The position numbers and the translations under genes are program-made. Shown here piece after piece: positions 52,492-63,906 of a stretch of 64,000 nucleotides of DNA. The stretch is from Betaproteobacteria bacterium (GTDB taxonomy: Bacteria > Pseudomonadota > Gammaproteobacteria > Burkholderiales > SG8-41). A model generated the notes under the pieces. That model worked only from the letters and a program-made list of their open reading frames with translations. It was not told where the DNA came from and ran no database searches. Position 1 is the stretch's first letter; each line of letters begins with the position of its first letter. Where the stretch lies: the NCBI GenBank assembly GCA_947486575.1, contig CANKUB010000002.1, positions 4,405-68,404 on the forward strand, in the 5' to 3' direction.

Positions 52492-53301
52492 ATGCTTAAA
52501 ACGCGCGTTCTTACCGTTGCAATACTACTGCCGCTGTTTATTGTGGCATTGTTTTATTTTCCCGTTACGGTGTGGGCGCTATTTGTGGCATTGCTGGCGT
52601 TAATCGCCGCTTGGGAGTGGGGCGGGCTTGCGGGGTGGGGCGCCATGGCACGCATGGCATACGTCGGCCTTATTGCGGGATGCGGTGTGCTGCTGTGGCA
52701 GTTTGGTTACGTTGATCCGCGCAGTGGGGACATGGTGTATCCAGTAGTGCTTGGCGTTTCATTGATATTCTGGATGGTGTTGGCACCGCTGTGGCTCGCG
52801 CGCAATTGGCGTATTCAGTCGTCTGTTGTACTCGCAGTAACTGGTGCCATTCTGTTGCTGCCGCTGTGGCTGGCCCTGGTGTGGTGGCAGCAAAAGCCCA
52901 TGCTGCTGTTGATGCTTATGTCCATCGCGTGGGTGTCTGACACCGCAGCGTATTTATGTGGTCGGCGTTGGGGGCGGCGCAAACTGGCAGTAACCATTAG
53001 TCCGGGCAAGACCTGGGAGGGCGTCTTTGGTGCGGTCGTGGCCGTCAGCGCCTATTATTTTATTTTGCAGGTGACCGCCCCGGGGCTTCCGGTGTTGCTG
53101 CAGGGCATCGCGGGATTCGGCTTGTTTTTATTCAGCATGGTGCTGGGCATAGAGGGCGATTTGTTTGAATCGTGGATCAAGCGCACTGCGGGCGTAAAAG
53201 ACAGCGGCAGTATTTTTCCAGGGCATGGCGGTGCGCTCGATCGCATTGACGCGCTGACCGCGAGTATGCCACCGGTAACGTTGCTGCTGCTGATGCTTTA
53301 A
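52492..53301 (+). CDS. cdsA: Phosphatidate cytidylyltransferase
   Basis: ISPGKTWEG, GDLFES.IKR..GVKDSG, PGHGG.LDRID. Confidence 0.96.
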   Translation: MLKTRVLTVAILLPLFIVALFYFPVTVWALFVALLALIAAWEWGGLAGWGAMARMAYVGLIAGCGVLLWQFGYVDPRSGDMVYPVVLGVSLIFWMVLAPLWLARNWRIQSSVVLAVTGAILLLPLWLALVWWQQKPMLLLMLMSIAWVSDTAAYLCGRRWGRRKLAVTISPGKTWEGVFGAVVAVSAYYFILQVTAPGLPVLLQGIAGFGLFLFSMVLGIEGDLFESWIKRTAGVKDSGSIFPGHGGALDRIDALTASMPPVTLLLLML

Positions 53302-53313
53302 ACTCCCTTCCGC

Positions 53314-54543
53314 ATGCAAAATCTGACTATTCTCGGATCTACAGGCAGCATCGGCGTAAATACGCTGGATGTAGTTGCGCGCCATCCGCAACGCTTTCGC
53401 ATTGTTGCGCTGACAGCAAAATCGCGCACAGATGTACTGCTTCGACAGTGCAAACAGTTTACACCGCAGTTCGCTGTTTTGACCGATGCGGAAGCGGCAA
53501 AAGCCTTTGAGCAAAGTGTGAAAGAAGCAGGCTTGTCCACGCGTGTGTTGTGTGGTGTTGAAGCGCTGGAAAAAGTAGCGCGCCTGCCGCAAGTGGATAC
53601 CGTGATGGCTGCAATCGTCGGCATTGCGGGCTTGCGGCCCACATTGGCGGCGGCGGGCAGCGGCAAAAAAGTACTGCTGGCAAATAAAGAGTCGCTGGTC
53701 ACAGCGGGTGGTTTGTTCATGGATACCGTGCGTAGCCACGGCGCGACCTTGCTGCCGATTGATAGCGAACACAATGCGGTGTTTCAATCGCTGCCGCGTG
53801 ATTTTGATGGCAATCTTGCGCGCTGTGGCGTGCGACGAATCTTGCTGACTGCTTCGGGTGGCCCGTTTCGCACGCTACCGCTGGATCAATTTGAGGGCAT
53901 CACGCCGGATCAAGCGTGCGCGCACCCCAATTGGGTTATGGGGCGCAAAATTTCCGTCGATTCAGCCACCATGATGAACAAGGGGCTGGAGGTCATAGAA
54001 GCGCATTGGCTATTTGGCGCGCCGCCGCAAAGCATTGAAGTGGTAGTACATCCTGAGAGCATTGTGCATTCAATGGTTGCCTACGTGGATGGCTCGGTGA
54101 TCGCGCAACTCGGTAATCCGGATATGCGCACACCTATCGCACATGCGCTGGCCTACCCGGAGCGCATCACCAACGGCGTTGATATTCTTGATCTAACGGC
54201 AGCAGGCACGCTGCATTTTGAAAAGCCTGACTGGGGACGTTTTCCCTGTCTGGCGCTGGCGTTCGAGGCGTTGCGCGCGGGCAATGGTGCTGCCACGGTG
54301 CTGAATGCAGCCAATGAGGTAGCCGTGGAACGTTTTCTCGAACAGAAGTTGAAATATCTGGATATTCCGCACCTGATCGAGGCTGTGCTGACCACGGTAC
54401 ATGCGTCAGCAGCGCATAGCCTCGATGATGTGCTCGCGCTTGACCATGAAGCGCGCGAACAGGCGTGGCAGTGGGGGCGCCCCAGTAACACGGCCATAGG
54501 CGGTCGAGTTGCGGGAACCATTGCGGTGGTGGTGCAGTCCTAA
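53314..54543 (+). CDS. dxr: 1-deoxy-D-xylulose-5-phosphate reductoisomerase
   Basis: [44 protein letters not shown]. Confidence 0.98.
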   Translation: MQNLTILGSTGSIGVNTLDVVARHPQRFRIVALTAKSRTDVLLRQCKQFTPQFAVLTDAEAAKAFEQSVKEAGLSTRVLCGVEALEKVARLPQVDTVMAAIVGIAGLRPTLAAAGSGKKVLLANKESLVTAGGLFMDTVRSHGATLLPIDSEHNAVFQSLPRDFDGNLARCGVRRILLTASGGPFRTLPLDQFEGITPDQACAHPNWVMGRKISVDSATMMNKGLEVIEAHWLFGAPPQSIEVVVHPESIVHSMVAYVDGSVIAQLGNPDMRTPIAHALAYPERITNGVDILDLTAAGTLHFEKPDWGRFPCLALAFEALRAGNGAATVLNAANEVAVERFLEQKLKYLDIPHLIEAVLTTVHASAAHSLDDVLALDHEAREQAWQWGRPSNTAIGGRVAGTIAVVVQS

Positions 54544-54556
54544 CAAGCTGATTATC

Positions 54557-55930
54557 ATGGGCATCATACTTTTCAAATTTGCGGCGTTTTTGCTGGCACT
54601 GGGCGTGCTGGTAGTGATTCATGAGCTGGGCCATTACTGGGTGGCACGCTGGTGCAACGTCAAGGTGCTGCGATTTTCAGTAGGCTTCGGCAAGCCACTG
54701 AAAACGTGGGTGCGCGGGGCCGACAACACCGAGTGGGTGTTAGCAGCTGTGCCGCTGGGTGGCTACGTCAAAATGCTCGATGAGCGTGAATCGCCGGTTG
54801 CGCCCAAGGAATTGCCGCGAGCGTTTAACCGGCAAACCGTGTGGAAGCGTATCGCCATTGTGCTGGCAGGGCCCGTAGCCAATCTGCTGTTGGCAATTGC
54901 CCTGTACTGGGGGCTATTCATGCACGGCGTGCCGGGCGTGCGACCCGTCGTGGGTGCGCCAGTGGCTTCAAGCGCTTCGGCAAAAGCGGGTTTTGTCACA
55001 GGCGATACGATTACCAGCGTGGCTGGCGAGCGGGTGTCTACCTGGCAGGATGCGCGCTGGGTATTGCTGAAAAATGCTGTGCATAAGCAGGTTGTAGCCG
55101 TGCAAGTCACGACGGATACCGACGATACGGCAACACGCAACCTCGATATGTCAGGGCTGACTGCGGCTGATCTCGATGGCGATTTTCTCAAGGTGCTGGG
55201 GGTAACGCCCTTTCAGCTCAAGGCGCCACCGGAAATCGCACGTATCGCGGCAGGCAGCGCGTCGGAGCGCGCAGGCTTAAAAGCGGGTGACGAAATCGTC
55301 GCGTTGAACAATGTGCGTTTGGAATCGGTTGAGCATGCCATAAAAATCATTCAAGCGCATGCAGGCAAGGTGTTGATCGCTGAAATTCGTCGCGATGGCA
55401 TTGTATTGCCGCCTCTGGAAGTTACCCCCGAAGCGACTGCCGAAGCAGACGGACGTCAGATGGGGCGTATTGGCGCGATGTTGCAGCCGCTGCAAAAAGT
55501 GTTCAGTAAATACCGCGTGGAAGTGCGCTATGGCCCCATCGATGGCCTGGGCCAGGCGATAATGAAAACTTGGGACACATCGATATTCAGTCTGAAAATG
55601 CTGGGCAAAATGGTGACGGGAGAAGTCTCGCTGAAAAATCTCAGCGGGCCGATAACCATAGCCGATTATGCGGGGCAATCCGCGCAACATGGCTGGATTG
55701 CCTATCTGGTGTTTCTGGCACTGATCAGCATCAGTCTCGGCGTGTTGAATCTGCTGCCGATCCCGTTATTGGATGGGGGGCATTTGATGTATTATATCGT
55801 TGAGGTTTTCAAGGGCACTCCGGTGTCGGAGCAAGTCATGGAAATCGGGCAGCGTGTTGGCATGGGTCTGCTGTTACTCATGATGGCATTTGCGCTCTTC
55901 AATGATGTTAATCGACTGATAAGCGGCTAG
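54557..55930 (+). CDS. rseP: RIP metalloprotease RseP
   Basis: HELGH, PLGGYVKM, two PDZ domains, NLLPIPLLDGGH. Confidence 0.97.
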   Translation: MGIILFKFAAFLLALGVLVVIHELGHYWVARWCNVKVLRFSVGFGKPLKTWVRGADNTEWVLAAVPLGGYVKMLDERESPVAPKELPRAFNRQTVWKRIAIVLAGPVANLLLAIALYWGLFMHGVPGVRPVVGAPVASSASAKAGFVTGDTITSVAGERVSTWQDARWVLLKNAVHKQVVAVQVTTDTDDTATRNLDMSGLTAADLDGDFLKVLGVTPFQLKAPPEIARIAAGSASERAGLKAGDEIVALNNVRLESVEHAIKIIQAHAGKVLIAEIRRDGIVLPPLEVTPEATAEADGRQMGRIGAMLQPLQKVFSKYRVEVRYGPIDGLGQAIMKTWDTSIFSLKMLGKMVTGEVSLKNLSGPITIADYAGQSAQHGWIAYLVFLALISISLGVLNLLPIPLLDGGHLMYYIVEVFKGTPVSEQVMEIGQRVGMGLLLLMMAFALFNDVNRLISG

Positions 55931-55933
55931 TTC

Positions 55934-58237
55934 ATGGCATTTAGCTTTTTGCACTCATGGCGTTTCAATTTCTGCCTGATCTGCGCTGCCCTATGCACCT
56001 CACTTAACGCCCCGGCTGCGCTGGCAATGGATCCTTTCGTCATCAAGGACATCCGGGTCGAGGGCCTGCAACGCACCGAAGCCGGCACCATTTTCAGCTA
56101 TCTGCCCGTGCGTGTGGGCGACACGCTTACTGACGAAAAATCTTCCGAGGCGATTCGTTCGTTGTTTGCCACCGGGTTTTTCAAGGACGTTACGCTGGAA
56201 GTTGATGGCAACGTGCTGGTTGTGGTGATTCAAGAGCGGCCCTCGATTGCGCAAGTTGATTTTACCGGTGTCAAGGAATTCGACAAAGAAACCCTGAACA
56301 AAGCCATGCGGCAAATCGGTTTGGCCGAAGGCCGTATTTTTGATCGCGGCACGGCAGATCGTGCAGAGCAGGAGTTAAAACGCCAATACCTGACGCGCGG
56401 TAAATACGCGGCTGAAGTTACGACAACCGTCACCCCGCTGGAGCGCAATCGCGTATCGGTGAATTTCACTGTGGTGGAAGGCGACTCCTCTAAAATCCGC
56501 CAGATTTCAATTATTGGCGCCAAGGCATTTACCGAGAAACAGTTGTTGAGTCTGTTTGTGCTGCGTGAGCCTGGGTTGTTAACCTGGTATAGCAAACAGG
56601 ATCAATATTCTCGTCAAAAACTGTCAGCAGACCTGGAAACATTGCGTTCGTATTACCAGGATCGTGGCTACCTGGAATTCAACATTGATTCGACGCAGGT
56701 GTCGATTACACCTGATAAAAAAGATATTTATATCACCGTAAGTATTATCGAAGGTGAAAAATACAACGTTGCCGACGTCAAAATCGAAGGACAGTTGCTG
56801 ATACCCGAAGCGGAAATCCGCAAGCTGATAACGGTGAAGCAAGGTGACGTGTTTTCCAGGGTAAGGCTTAACGAATCAACCAAGAAAATTACCGAACGCC
56901 TAGGCAACGATGGTTATGCCTTTGCCAATGTAAACGCCGCGCCTGAGCTCAATAAAGAAAAGCGCGAAGCCATCTTTACTTTTTTCATCGATCCGGGTCG
57001 CCGTGTTTATGTGCGGCGCATCAACATTGGCGGCAATAGTCGCACTCGTGATGAAGTGATCCGTCGCGAGATGCGCCAAATGGAAAGCGCGTGGTATTCA
57101 GGCGAAAACATCACGACCTCCAAGCGTCGCGTTGACAAGCTGGGCTACTTTACCGAAGTGAATGTGGAAAACCCGGCAGTGCAGGGCACTACGGATCAGG
57201 TGGATGTGAATTTCACGGTGGTTGAAAGGCCTACCGGCAATATTTTGCTGGGTGCGGGATTCGGCAGCGGATCGGGTATTGTGTTGTCGGGGTCTATATC
57301 GCAAAATAATATCTTTGGCTCGGGCAAGCATCTGTCGGTTCAGGTCAGCGGCAGTCAATTCAATAAAATTTACTCGGTGTCCTTTACTGACCCCTATTTC
57401 ACTGCGGACGGTGTAAGTGTTGGTTATGATTTGTACCATCGCAAGATCGATGCACAAGGCAGTAATCTGGGTGAATATGTCACAAAGACCACTGGCGCTG
57501 GTGTGCGCTTCGGTGTGCCGATTAGCGAAATTGACACCATTCAATATGGTCTTGCGTTTGAGGAAACCAGCATTACGACTTTTCCCACAAGTCCATTGTT
57601 CTACACGGATTACGTGAGCTCGTTTGGACCGCGCAATACGGCGTTCATGCCCAGCGTGGGCTGGGTGCGGGATGGCCGTGACTCGCTGATTTATCCCATG
57701 TCAGGCACGTTTCAGCGTGCATTTGCTGATGGGGGCTTGCCGGGGGGCACGTTGCGGTATTACCGGATGAACTATCAGTACCAGCGCTATTTCCCGATGA
57801 CAAGAACGACGGCGCTGATGTGGAATGGCGAGATCGGTTATGGCGACGGTTATAGCGGTAAATCCCTGCCGTTTTTCAAGAATTACTTTGCAGGCGGCGT
57901 ATCGTCGTTGCGGGGTTACCGGCTGAATACGGTGGCACCGCGTGACGCCAACGGTGATCCGCGCGGCGGCAATCGTAAATTGTTGACCAATCTGGAATAC
58001 CTGTTTCCGTTTCCAGGGTTGAACAATGACAAGTCGGTCAGATTGAGCGCATTCTTTGATGCGGGTGGTGTGTCCGACAATAAATTTGATTCCAGCGCAC
58101 TGCGCTACTCAACCGGCGCGGCACTGGCCTGGGTGTCACCATTTGGCCCGCTGAAATTCAGCATCGGGGTACCTTTGATTAACAAGTTGAATGATAAGCG
58201 GCAAATATTTCAGTTCACGTTTGGTGGCGCGTTTTAG
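55934..58237 (+). CDS. bamA: Outer membrane protein assembly factor BamA
   Basis: POTRA DIRVEGLQR, RTRDEVIRRE, LRGY, SPFGPL, terminal Phe. Confidence 0.97.
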   Translation: MAFSFLHSWRFNFCLICAALCTSLNAPAALAMDPFVIKDIRVEGLQRTEAGTIFSYLPVRVGDTLTDEKSSEAIRSLFATGFFKDVTLEVDGNVLVVVIQERPSIAQVDFTGVKEFDKETLNKAMRQIGLAEGRIFDRGTADRAEQELKRQYLTRGKYAAEVTTTVTPLERNRVSVNFTVVEGDSSKIRQISIIGAKAFTEKQLLSLFVLREPGLLTWYSKQDQYSRQKLSADLETLRSYYQDRGYLEFNIDSTQVSITPDKKDIYITVSIIEGEKYNVADVKIEGQLLIPEAEIRKLITVKQGDVFSRVRLNESTKKITERLGNDGYAFANVNAAPELNKEKREAIFTFFIDPGRRVYVRRINIGGNSRTRDEVIRREMRQMESAWYSGENITTSKRRVDKLGYFTEVNVENPAVQGTTDQVDVNFTVVERPTGNILLGAGFGSGSGIVLSGSISQNNIFGSGKHLSVQVSGSQFNKIYSVSFTDPYFTADGVSVGYDLYHRKIDAQGSNLGEYVTKTTGAGVRFGVPISEIDTIQYGLAFEETSITTFPTSPLFYTDYVSSFGPRNTAFMPSVGWVRDGRDSLIYPMSGTFQRAFADGGLPGGTLRYYRMNYQYQRYFPMTRTTALMWNGEIGYGDGYSGKSLPFFKNYFAGGVSSLRGYRLNTVAPRDANGDPRGGNRKLLTNLEYLFPFPGLNNDKSVRLSAFFDAGGVSDNKFDSSALRYSTGAALAWVSPFGPLKFSIGVPLINKLNDKRQIFQFTFGGAF

Positions 58238-58264
58238 CGCTGTTTCAGTGCAAGGATAATAGGT

Positions 58265-58768
58265 ATGCGTAACCTGAAGATGACATCGGTTTTGATTTTC
58301 TCGCTGCTGCTGGTGTGCGGCGTTCAAGCGGCTGATCTGAAAGTCGGCTTTGTCGATGCCGAGCGCGTCAACCGTGAATCCGCGCCAGCTGATGAGGCCA
58401 GCAAGCGCCTCGAAAAAGAGTTTCAGCCGCGCGTGTCGGAAATCCAGCGTCGTGAAGGCCAGATCAAATCCGCGCAAGCACAGTTTGAGAAAGATGCGCT
58501 GACCATGAGCGAGAACGATCGTCGCAGCCGGGAGCAGGAAATGTCGCGGCAAATCGTGGACCTACAGCGCTTACAACGTGAGTTTCAGGAAGACCTGAAT
58601 CTGCGACGCAATCAAGAGCTTGGGGGGTTGCTTGAGCGTGCCAATAAAATCATTCGGCAGATCGCAGAATCCGAGAAATATGATCTTATTTTGCAGGAAG
58701 CCGTCTATCGCAGCCCGCGCATCGACATTACAGATCGGGTGTTGAAGGCACTTGCCGGCGGAAAATAG
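58265..58768 (+). CDS. skp: Periplasmic chaperone Skp/OmpH
   Basis: Signal peptide, KVGFVD, helical body, DITDRVL; follows bamA. Confidence 0.93.
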   Translation: MRNLKMTSVLIFSLLLVCGVQAADLKVGFVDAERVNRESAPADEASKRLEKEFQPRVSEIQRREGQIKSAQAQFEKDALTMSENDRRSREQEMSRQIVDLQRLQREFQEDLNLRRNQELGGLLERANKIIRQIAESEKYDLILQEAVYRSPRIDITDRVLKALAGGK

Positions 58769-58844
58769 CGTCGCTTGTCCAGCTTGCTCAATGGTTTCGC
58801 TCGCGGGGCCAATGTGCTCGTGACGAAATGCTGCGTATTTTCAC

Positions 58845-59903
58845 GTGACAGGGTCGGTACGCACCGTGATATCACTTAGCCTCGGCGAAATTGTTCGCAC
58901 ACTCGGTGGTAAAGTTGAAGGCAATGCCGAAACGCGAATTGAGAAAATTGGCACGCTGGAAGGTGCCGACGCATCGTCTATAGCCTATCTCGCCAACGAG
59001 CGATTTCTTGGCGCTCTGCATGCAACGCATGCTGGTGCTGTGATCCTGGCAACCGATCAGTGCAACGCAACGCAGTTGCCTCGTATAGTGTGCGGTAACC
59101 CGCATGCTTATTTTGCGCGCGTGACCGCGTTGCTGCATCCTGTCGCAAACGCTGTAGCGGGCATACATCCGCGCGCAACGGTAGATTCCTCGGCCACGCT
59201 GGGTAGCGGTGTTAGTGTCGGCCCCAACGTGGTTGTGGGCTGCGACGCGCACATCGGTGAGGGTGTGAGCATTGGTGCGAATTGTTATGTGGGCGATGGC
59301 GTTACTATCGGCGCTGGTACGCGACTATGGCCCGGTGTGGTGATCTATCACGAGTGCCGGATTGGCGAACGTGTTGTATTACATGCGGGGGTGGTAATCG
59401 GCGCAGATGGCTTTGGCAACGCGTGGGATATCGATCATTGGGTTAAAGTACCGCAAATAGGTCGTGCCATCATCGGTAACGACGTTGAGATTGGCGCAAA
59501 TACCACCGTCGACCGCGGAGCAATTGATGACACCGTGATCGAAGACGGCGTGAGGCTCGATAATCTCATCATGATCGCGCACAACGTACATGTGGGTGCG
59601 CATACGGCAATTGCCGCCTGCACCGGCATTGCCGGCAGCACGCGTATAGGCCGCAATTGTCGCATTGGCGGCGCAGTGGGCATCGCAGGACATTTGACGA
59701 TTTGCGACAATGTGGAAGTCGGAGGCAAAACGCTGATTACAAAATCCATCGCAGCGCCCGGCTCGTACAGTGGCGGTTATCCCTTTGAGGAAAGCCGCGC
59801 GTGGCGCCGCAACGCAATTCAAATTCGCCATCTTGACGAAATGGCCCGGCACATTAAACAGCTCGAAAAGCGCCTTGCGCTGCTGGAAAGGAAAGACCCA
59901 TGA
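58845..59903 (+). CDS. lpxD: UDP-3-O-acylglucosamine N-acyltransferase
   Basis: Hexapeptide repeats, [27 protein letters not shown]. Confidence 0.96.
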   Translation: MTGSVRTVISLSLGEIVRTLGGKVEGNAETRIEKIGTLEGADASSIAYLANERFLGALHATHAGAVILATDQCNATQLPRIVCGNPHAYFARVTALLHPVANAVAGIHPRATVDSSATLGSGVSVGPNVVVGCDAHIGEGVSIGANCYVGDGVTIGAGTRLWPGVVIYHECRIGERVVLHAGVVIGADGFGNAWDIDHWVKVPQIGRAIIGNDVEIGANTTVDRGAIDDTVIEDGVRLDNLIMIAHNVHVGAHTAIAACTGIAGSTRIGRNCRIGGAVGIAGHLTICDNVEVGGKTLITKSIAAPGSYSGGYPFEESRAWRRNAIQIRHLDEMARHIKQLEKRLALLERKDP

Positions 59904-60349
59904 TCCAGATGAATCTTCATCAGGTGCTGGAGTATCTGCCGCATCGCTATCCGTTTTTGCTGGTGGATCGCGTGTTGTCGTGCGAGCCGGGCAAAGAAAT
60001 TTGCGCGCTGAAAAACGTCACCATCAACGAGCCATTTTTTAACGGGCACTTTCCACATTATCCCGTGATGCCCGGCGTGTTGATTATCGAAGCGCTGGCG
60101 CAGGCAGCGGCGATTCTTTCGTTTTTGACCATGAACGAAAAACCCGATCCTGACTCGTTGTATTATTTTGTTGGTATCGATAAAGCGCGTTTCAAGAAAC
60201 CCGTGTCGCCAGGCGACGCGCTGCATCTGCACGTGGCGCTGGATAAACACATGCGAGGCGTGTGGCGCTTTAACGCGCAGGCAAAAGTTGAAGGTGAGTT
60301 GGTGGCTGAAGCGCAGTTGTTGTGTGCCAAAAGAGCTGTTCAGAAATAA
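59900..60349 (+). CDS. fabZ: 3-hydroxyacyl-ACP dehydratase
   Basis: [32 protein letters not shown]. Confidence 0.97.
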   Translation: MIQMNLHQVLEYLPHRYPFLLVDRVLSCEPGKEICALKNVTINEPFFNGHFPHYPVMPGVLIIEALAQAAAILSFLTMNEKPDPDSLYYFVGIDKARFKKPVSPGDALHLHVALDKHMRGVWRFNAQAKVEGELVAEAQLLCAKRAVQK

Positions 60350-60370
60350 TCAATAAAAACAAACAGTTAC
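60345..60370 (+). repeat. Copy of the dispersed AT-rich IHF-box-like junction motif
   Basis: AATAATCAATAAAAACAAACAGTTAC fills the whole interval from the fabZ stop to the lpxA start. Confidence 0.7.
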
Positions 60371-61150
60371 ATGAGCTCCCGTATTCACGCTACCTCTATT
60401 GTTGATTCCGCCGCGCGCATCGCCGCCGATGTGGAGATCGGGCCGTATTCCATTATCGGGCCGCACGTCGAAATCGGCGCGGGCTGCGTGATCGGCCCGC
60501 ATGCAGTGATTAAAGGCCACACACGCATTGGTATCAACAACCACATTTTTCAATTTGTATCGCTGGGCGAAATGCCGCAGGACAAAAAATACGCGGGCGA
60601 ACCCACGCGCCTTGAGATTGGCGACAACAATGTTATCCGCGAATTTTGCACCTTTAACATCGGCACCGCGCAGGATGTCGGGGTTACGCGACTGGGCAAT
60701 GATAACTGGATCATGGCTTACGTGCATCTCGCGCATGATTGCCAGATCGGCAACCACACCATTTTCGCCAACAATGCGCAACTCGCAGGCCACGTGCATA
60801 TCGGCGATTACGCCATCCTTGGCGGTTACACGGGGGTGCATCAATTCTGTCGCGTCGGCGCGCATGTCATCACCGGCATCGGCACGCATGTACTGAAAGA
60901 CGTGCCGCCGTTTGTTACGGCTTCCGGCAGTCCGGCAGCGCCGCACGGCATCAACGCTGAAGGGCTGAAGCGACGCGGTTACAGCGCTGAGGCGGTTAGC
61001 GAAATTCGCCGTGCTTACAAGACGCTATTTCGTTCGGGCGACACACTCGACGTCGCGCTGGCCGCACTTAAAACACAGGCGGCTGCGTGCGCGGAATTGC
61101 AACTGCTGGTTGATTTTCTGTTGGTGCCGGGCCGCGGCATTATCCGCTGA
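60371..61150 (+). CDS. lpxA: UDP-N-acetylglucosamine O-acyltransferase
   Basis: PQDKKY, IREF, MAYVHLAHDC, VHQFC, GINAEGLKRRG. Confidence 0.97.
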   Translation: MSSRIHATSIVDSAARIAADVEIGPYSIIGPHVEIGAGCVIGPHAVIKGHTRIGINNHIFQFVSLGEMPQDKKYAGEPTRLEIGDNNVIREFCTFNIGTAQDVGVTRLGNDNWIMAYVHLAHDCQIGNHTIFANNAQLAGHVHIGDYAILGGYTGVHQFCRVGAHVITGIGTHVLKDVPPFVTASGSPAAPHGINAEGLKRRGYSAEAVSEIRRAYKTLFRSGDTLDVALAALKTQAAACAELQLLVDFLLVPGRGIIR

Positions 61151-61155
61151 TTCGC

Positions 61156-62313
61156 ATGGCAAGCGCGCCAGTGATCGGGCTGGTGGCTGGAGAAGCCTCC
61201 GGCGATTTACTCGGTGCGCATCTGGTTGCGGCGCTCAAGGCGCGACGGCCTGATCTTCAATTCAAAGGCATCGCAGGGCCGCGTATGATCGCTGCGGGCG
61301 TTCAAGCCTTGTTCCCGATGGAAAAACTCGCCGTGCGCGGCTATGTTGAAGTGCTGCGCCACTACCCGGAGATTGCGGGTATACGGCGCAAACTCAAGCG
61401 CCATTTTCTGCAAAACCCGCCTGCGGTTTTTATCGGCATCGACGCGCCAGATTTTAACCTGGGCCTTGAGTTTGATCTCAAGCGGGCGGGCATCACCACC
61501 ATTCAATATGTCAGTCCGTCGATCTGGGCGTGGCGTGGCGAGCGCATTCATTTCATCAAACGTGCGGTGGATCGTGTGCTGGTGCTGTTTCCGTTTGAAA
61601 AAGCGATTTACGACAAAGCGTTAATTACGGCCAGCTACGTCGGCCACCCGCTCGCTGATATGCTTGCTGATTTTCCTGCGAAAGACGTGGTGCGTGCCTC
61701 GCTGAATCTCGCGGCTGACGCGCCGGTGTTTGCGCTGTTGCCCGGCAGCCGCGTCAGCGAATTGCAGGCGCTGGCCGATTTATTTGCCGCTACCGCAAAA
61801 CTTATACGTGATGCAATACCTGAAGCGCGCTTTGTTACGCCGCTAGTCAATGGTGAAACGCGCGCGCTGTTTGAAGCCGCTTTGCTTCGCACGCCAGGCA
61901 TCAGCGTGCAACTGCTCGACGGCCAATCACACGAAGTGCTGGCCGCGGCAGACGTGGTGCTGGTAGCTTCCGGCACCGCCACGCTGGAGACTGCACTGCT
62001 AAAACGCCCGATGGTGATTACCTATCGCATGCCGCGCTTAAGTGCGTGGCTGATGCGGCGGCGTGGTTATTTGCCGTATGTGGGCTTGCCAAATATTCTT
62101 GCAGGGGAGTTTGTCGTGCCCGAAATTTTGCAGGAGGCCGCTACACCGCAAGCGCTCGCGACAGCGCTGATTGAACTTTATAACGACGTACCGCGCCGTC
62201 AGCAAATTACAAAACGTTTCGAGACCTTGCTCACGGACCTCAGGCAAAACACCGCGCAAAAGGCTGCTGATGCCGTAATGTCGTATCTGGAAAAGCTGGA
62301 AAAGGCGCCATGA
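61156..62313 (+). CDS. lpxB: Lipid-A-disaccharide synthase
   Basis: [38 protein letters not shown]. Confidence 0.97.
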   Translation: MASAPVIGLVAGEASGDLLGAHLVAALKARRPDLQFKGIAGPRMIAAGVQALFPMEKLAVRGYVEVLRHYPEIAGIRRKLKRHFLQNPPAVFIGIDAPDFNLGLEFDLKRAGITTIQYVSPSIWAWRGERIHFIKRAVDRVLVLFPFEKAIYDKALITASYVGHPLADMLADFPAKDVVRASLNLAADAPVFALLPGSRVSELQALADLFAATAKLIRDAIPEARFVTPLVNGETRALFEAALLRTPGISVQLLDGQSHEVLAAADVVLVASGTATLETALLKRPMVITYRMPRLSAWLMRRRGYLPYVGLPNILAGEFVVPEILQEAATPQALATALIELYNDVPRRQQITKRFETLLTDLRQNTAQKAADAVMSYLEKLEKAP

Positions 62314-62888
62314 AAAAGATTTGGATAGCCGGTGTAGACGAAGCCGGGCGCGGCCCATGGGCGGGTGATGTTTATGCCGCAGCGGTGATACTCAACCCCG
62401 CGCGATCCATCACCGGTTTGGCCGATTCCAAAAAGCTGTCGGCAGCAAAACGTGAACAGTTATTTGATGTGATTCAGCGGGATGCATTATCGTGGGCCAT
62501 TGCCACCGCCAGCGTTGACGAAATTGATACGCTGAATATTTTGCAGGCGAGTTTGCTGGCAATGAAGCGCGCGGTTGAAACCCTTGCCACGCGGCCCGAT
62601 AAAATTATTGTCGATGGTTTGCACTGCCCCAAAGTTGCCATGCCCACACGCGCTATCGTCAAGGGCGACGCCAAAGAAGCGGCGATTTCTGCGGCATCGA
62701 TACTGGCCAAAGTAGCGCGTGATCGTGCCATGCACGCGCTGCATCAGCAGTATCCCGCGTACGGTTTTGACCGGCACAAGGGCTATGGCACAGCCATGCA
62801 CATGGCCACACTGGAGGCGCATGGCGTGTGCGCAGTGCATCGCAAGAGCTATGCGCCCATCAAGAAAATATTGTTTAAAAACATATAG
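62310..62888 (+). CDS. rnhB: Ribonuclease HII
   Basis: [38 protein letters not shown]. Confidence 0.97.
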   Translation: MKKIWIAGVDEAGRGPWAGDVYAAAVILNPARSITGLADSKKLSAAKREQLFDVIQRDALSWAIATASVDEIDTLNILQASLLAMKRAVETLATRPDKIIVDGLHCPKVAMPTRAIVKGDAKEAAISAASILAKVARDRAMHALHQQYPAYGFDRHKGYGTAMHMATLEAHGVCAVHRKSYAPIKKILFKNI

Positions 62889-62908
62889 TTACAATACATT
62901 AAGATGCG

Positions 62909-63856
62909 TTACACGATGTCTCGCAACACCCGATGCAGCGCGTTACGCTCACTCGCGTGTGTCACCAGTGGTTTTCGCGCACGACATTGCGCAGCGAGTT
63001 TGCGATAGAACGCGACATCCGTTTCAGCGCGCGATAGCAGCCGCGCTAACGCGCGCTCACCTTCCAGCGCGTAGTAACCCGCGTAATCGCGGCCCAACAA
63101 GCCGATATTGCCGGAGATACGCGAGGCAATCACCGGCACGTTATTCGCCAGCGCTTCGCTCACCACATTGGCACCGCCTTCCATGCGTGAACTGATGACC
63201 ATCAAGCGGCTGCGCGCTAGCAAGCGCAGCGCTTTGCCGTGTGTGACTTCACCTAGCCAGTGATAACGTTTATCGCGGGTCATCCAGTTTTTGGCCTGCT
63301 GCGCCATCTCGGATGACATCGCACCGCCGATGTGTGTGATGCGTATCCGCGATTCATCGGGCAGATGCGCCAGCGCGGCGGCTGCACGAAACGGGTCTTT
63401 TTCATCGCGCAGATGCCCGCTGACCACCACTTCAAAGCACGATTTCAGCGGCGGCGGGCGCTGCACCACCTGCGCGGATTGAACCACCACGCGCGTCTTG
63501 CGGCGCAGCGCGGAGGTAAGTTCCTGCAAGCCCATCTCCTGCAACACAATCATGCGCGTGGCGAGTTGCATCGAGGATTGTGCTTCTGCATCGGTGCGTA
63601 TGTCGCGATATAAATCGGTGCCGGTCAGCGCGAGTATCACGGGCTGATCGGGATAACACATTACGTAATTGCGGATTGATGCGTGACTCCGGCGTGCGTG
63701 CAACGCCAGCATCAGGTCTGTTGGTGCGCCGTCCCAATCGACTTGTATCGACACGGTGTGGCCCAACTCACGCAGCATGCCCGCCCAGCGTGTAGCAGTG
63801 CTGCGGTTGCCGTGGCGAGAGCCGGGTGCCGCAGGTGTGACGAGAGTGATTTTCAC
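62909..63856 (-). CDS. senB: SenB-like glycosyltransferase (TIGR04348 family; selenosugar synthase of selenoneine biosynthesis)
   Basis: GNRSTATRWA, MLALHARRSHASI, LTGTDLYRDI, GHLRDEKDP, SSRMEGGANV, GNIGLLGRDY.GY; GTG start at 63856. Confidence 0.85.
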   Translation of the reverse strand: MKITLVTPAAPGSRHGNRSTATRWAGMLRELGHTVSIQVDWDGAPTDLMLALHARRSHASIRNYVMCYPDQPVILALTGTDLYRDIRTDAEAQSSMQLATRMIVLQEMGLQELTSALRRKTRVVVQSAQVVQRPPPLKSCFEVVVSGHLRDEKDPFRAAAALAHLPDESRIRITHIGGAMSSEMAQQAKNWMTRDKRYHWLGEVTHGKALRLLARSRLMVISSRMEGGANVVSEALANNVPVIASRISGNIGLLGRDYAGYYALEGERALARLLSRAETDVAFYRKLAAQCRARKPLVTHASERNALHRVLRDIV

Positions 63857-63906
63857 TGAACGGCAATCAAGAGTACACTTGCGCGTAACTATAGCAAATG
63901 TTCCTG

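Noticed and set aside
48605-62888. rpsB-to-rnhB cluster inspected for insertions, inteins or frameshifts
   Set aside because: Canonical order and normal protein lengths; nothing unusual apart from the junction motif.
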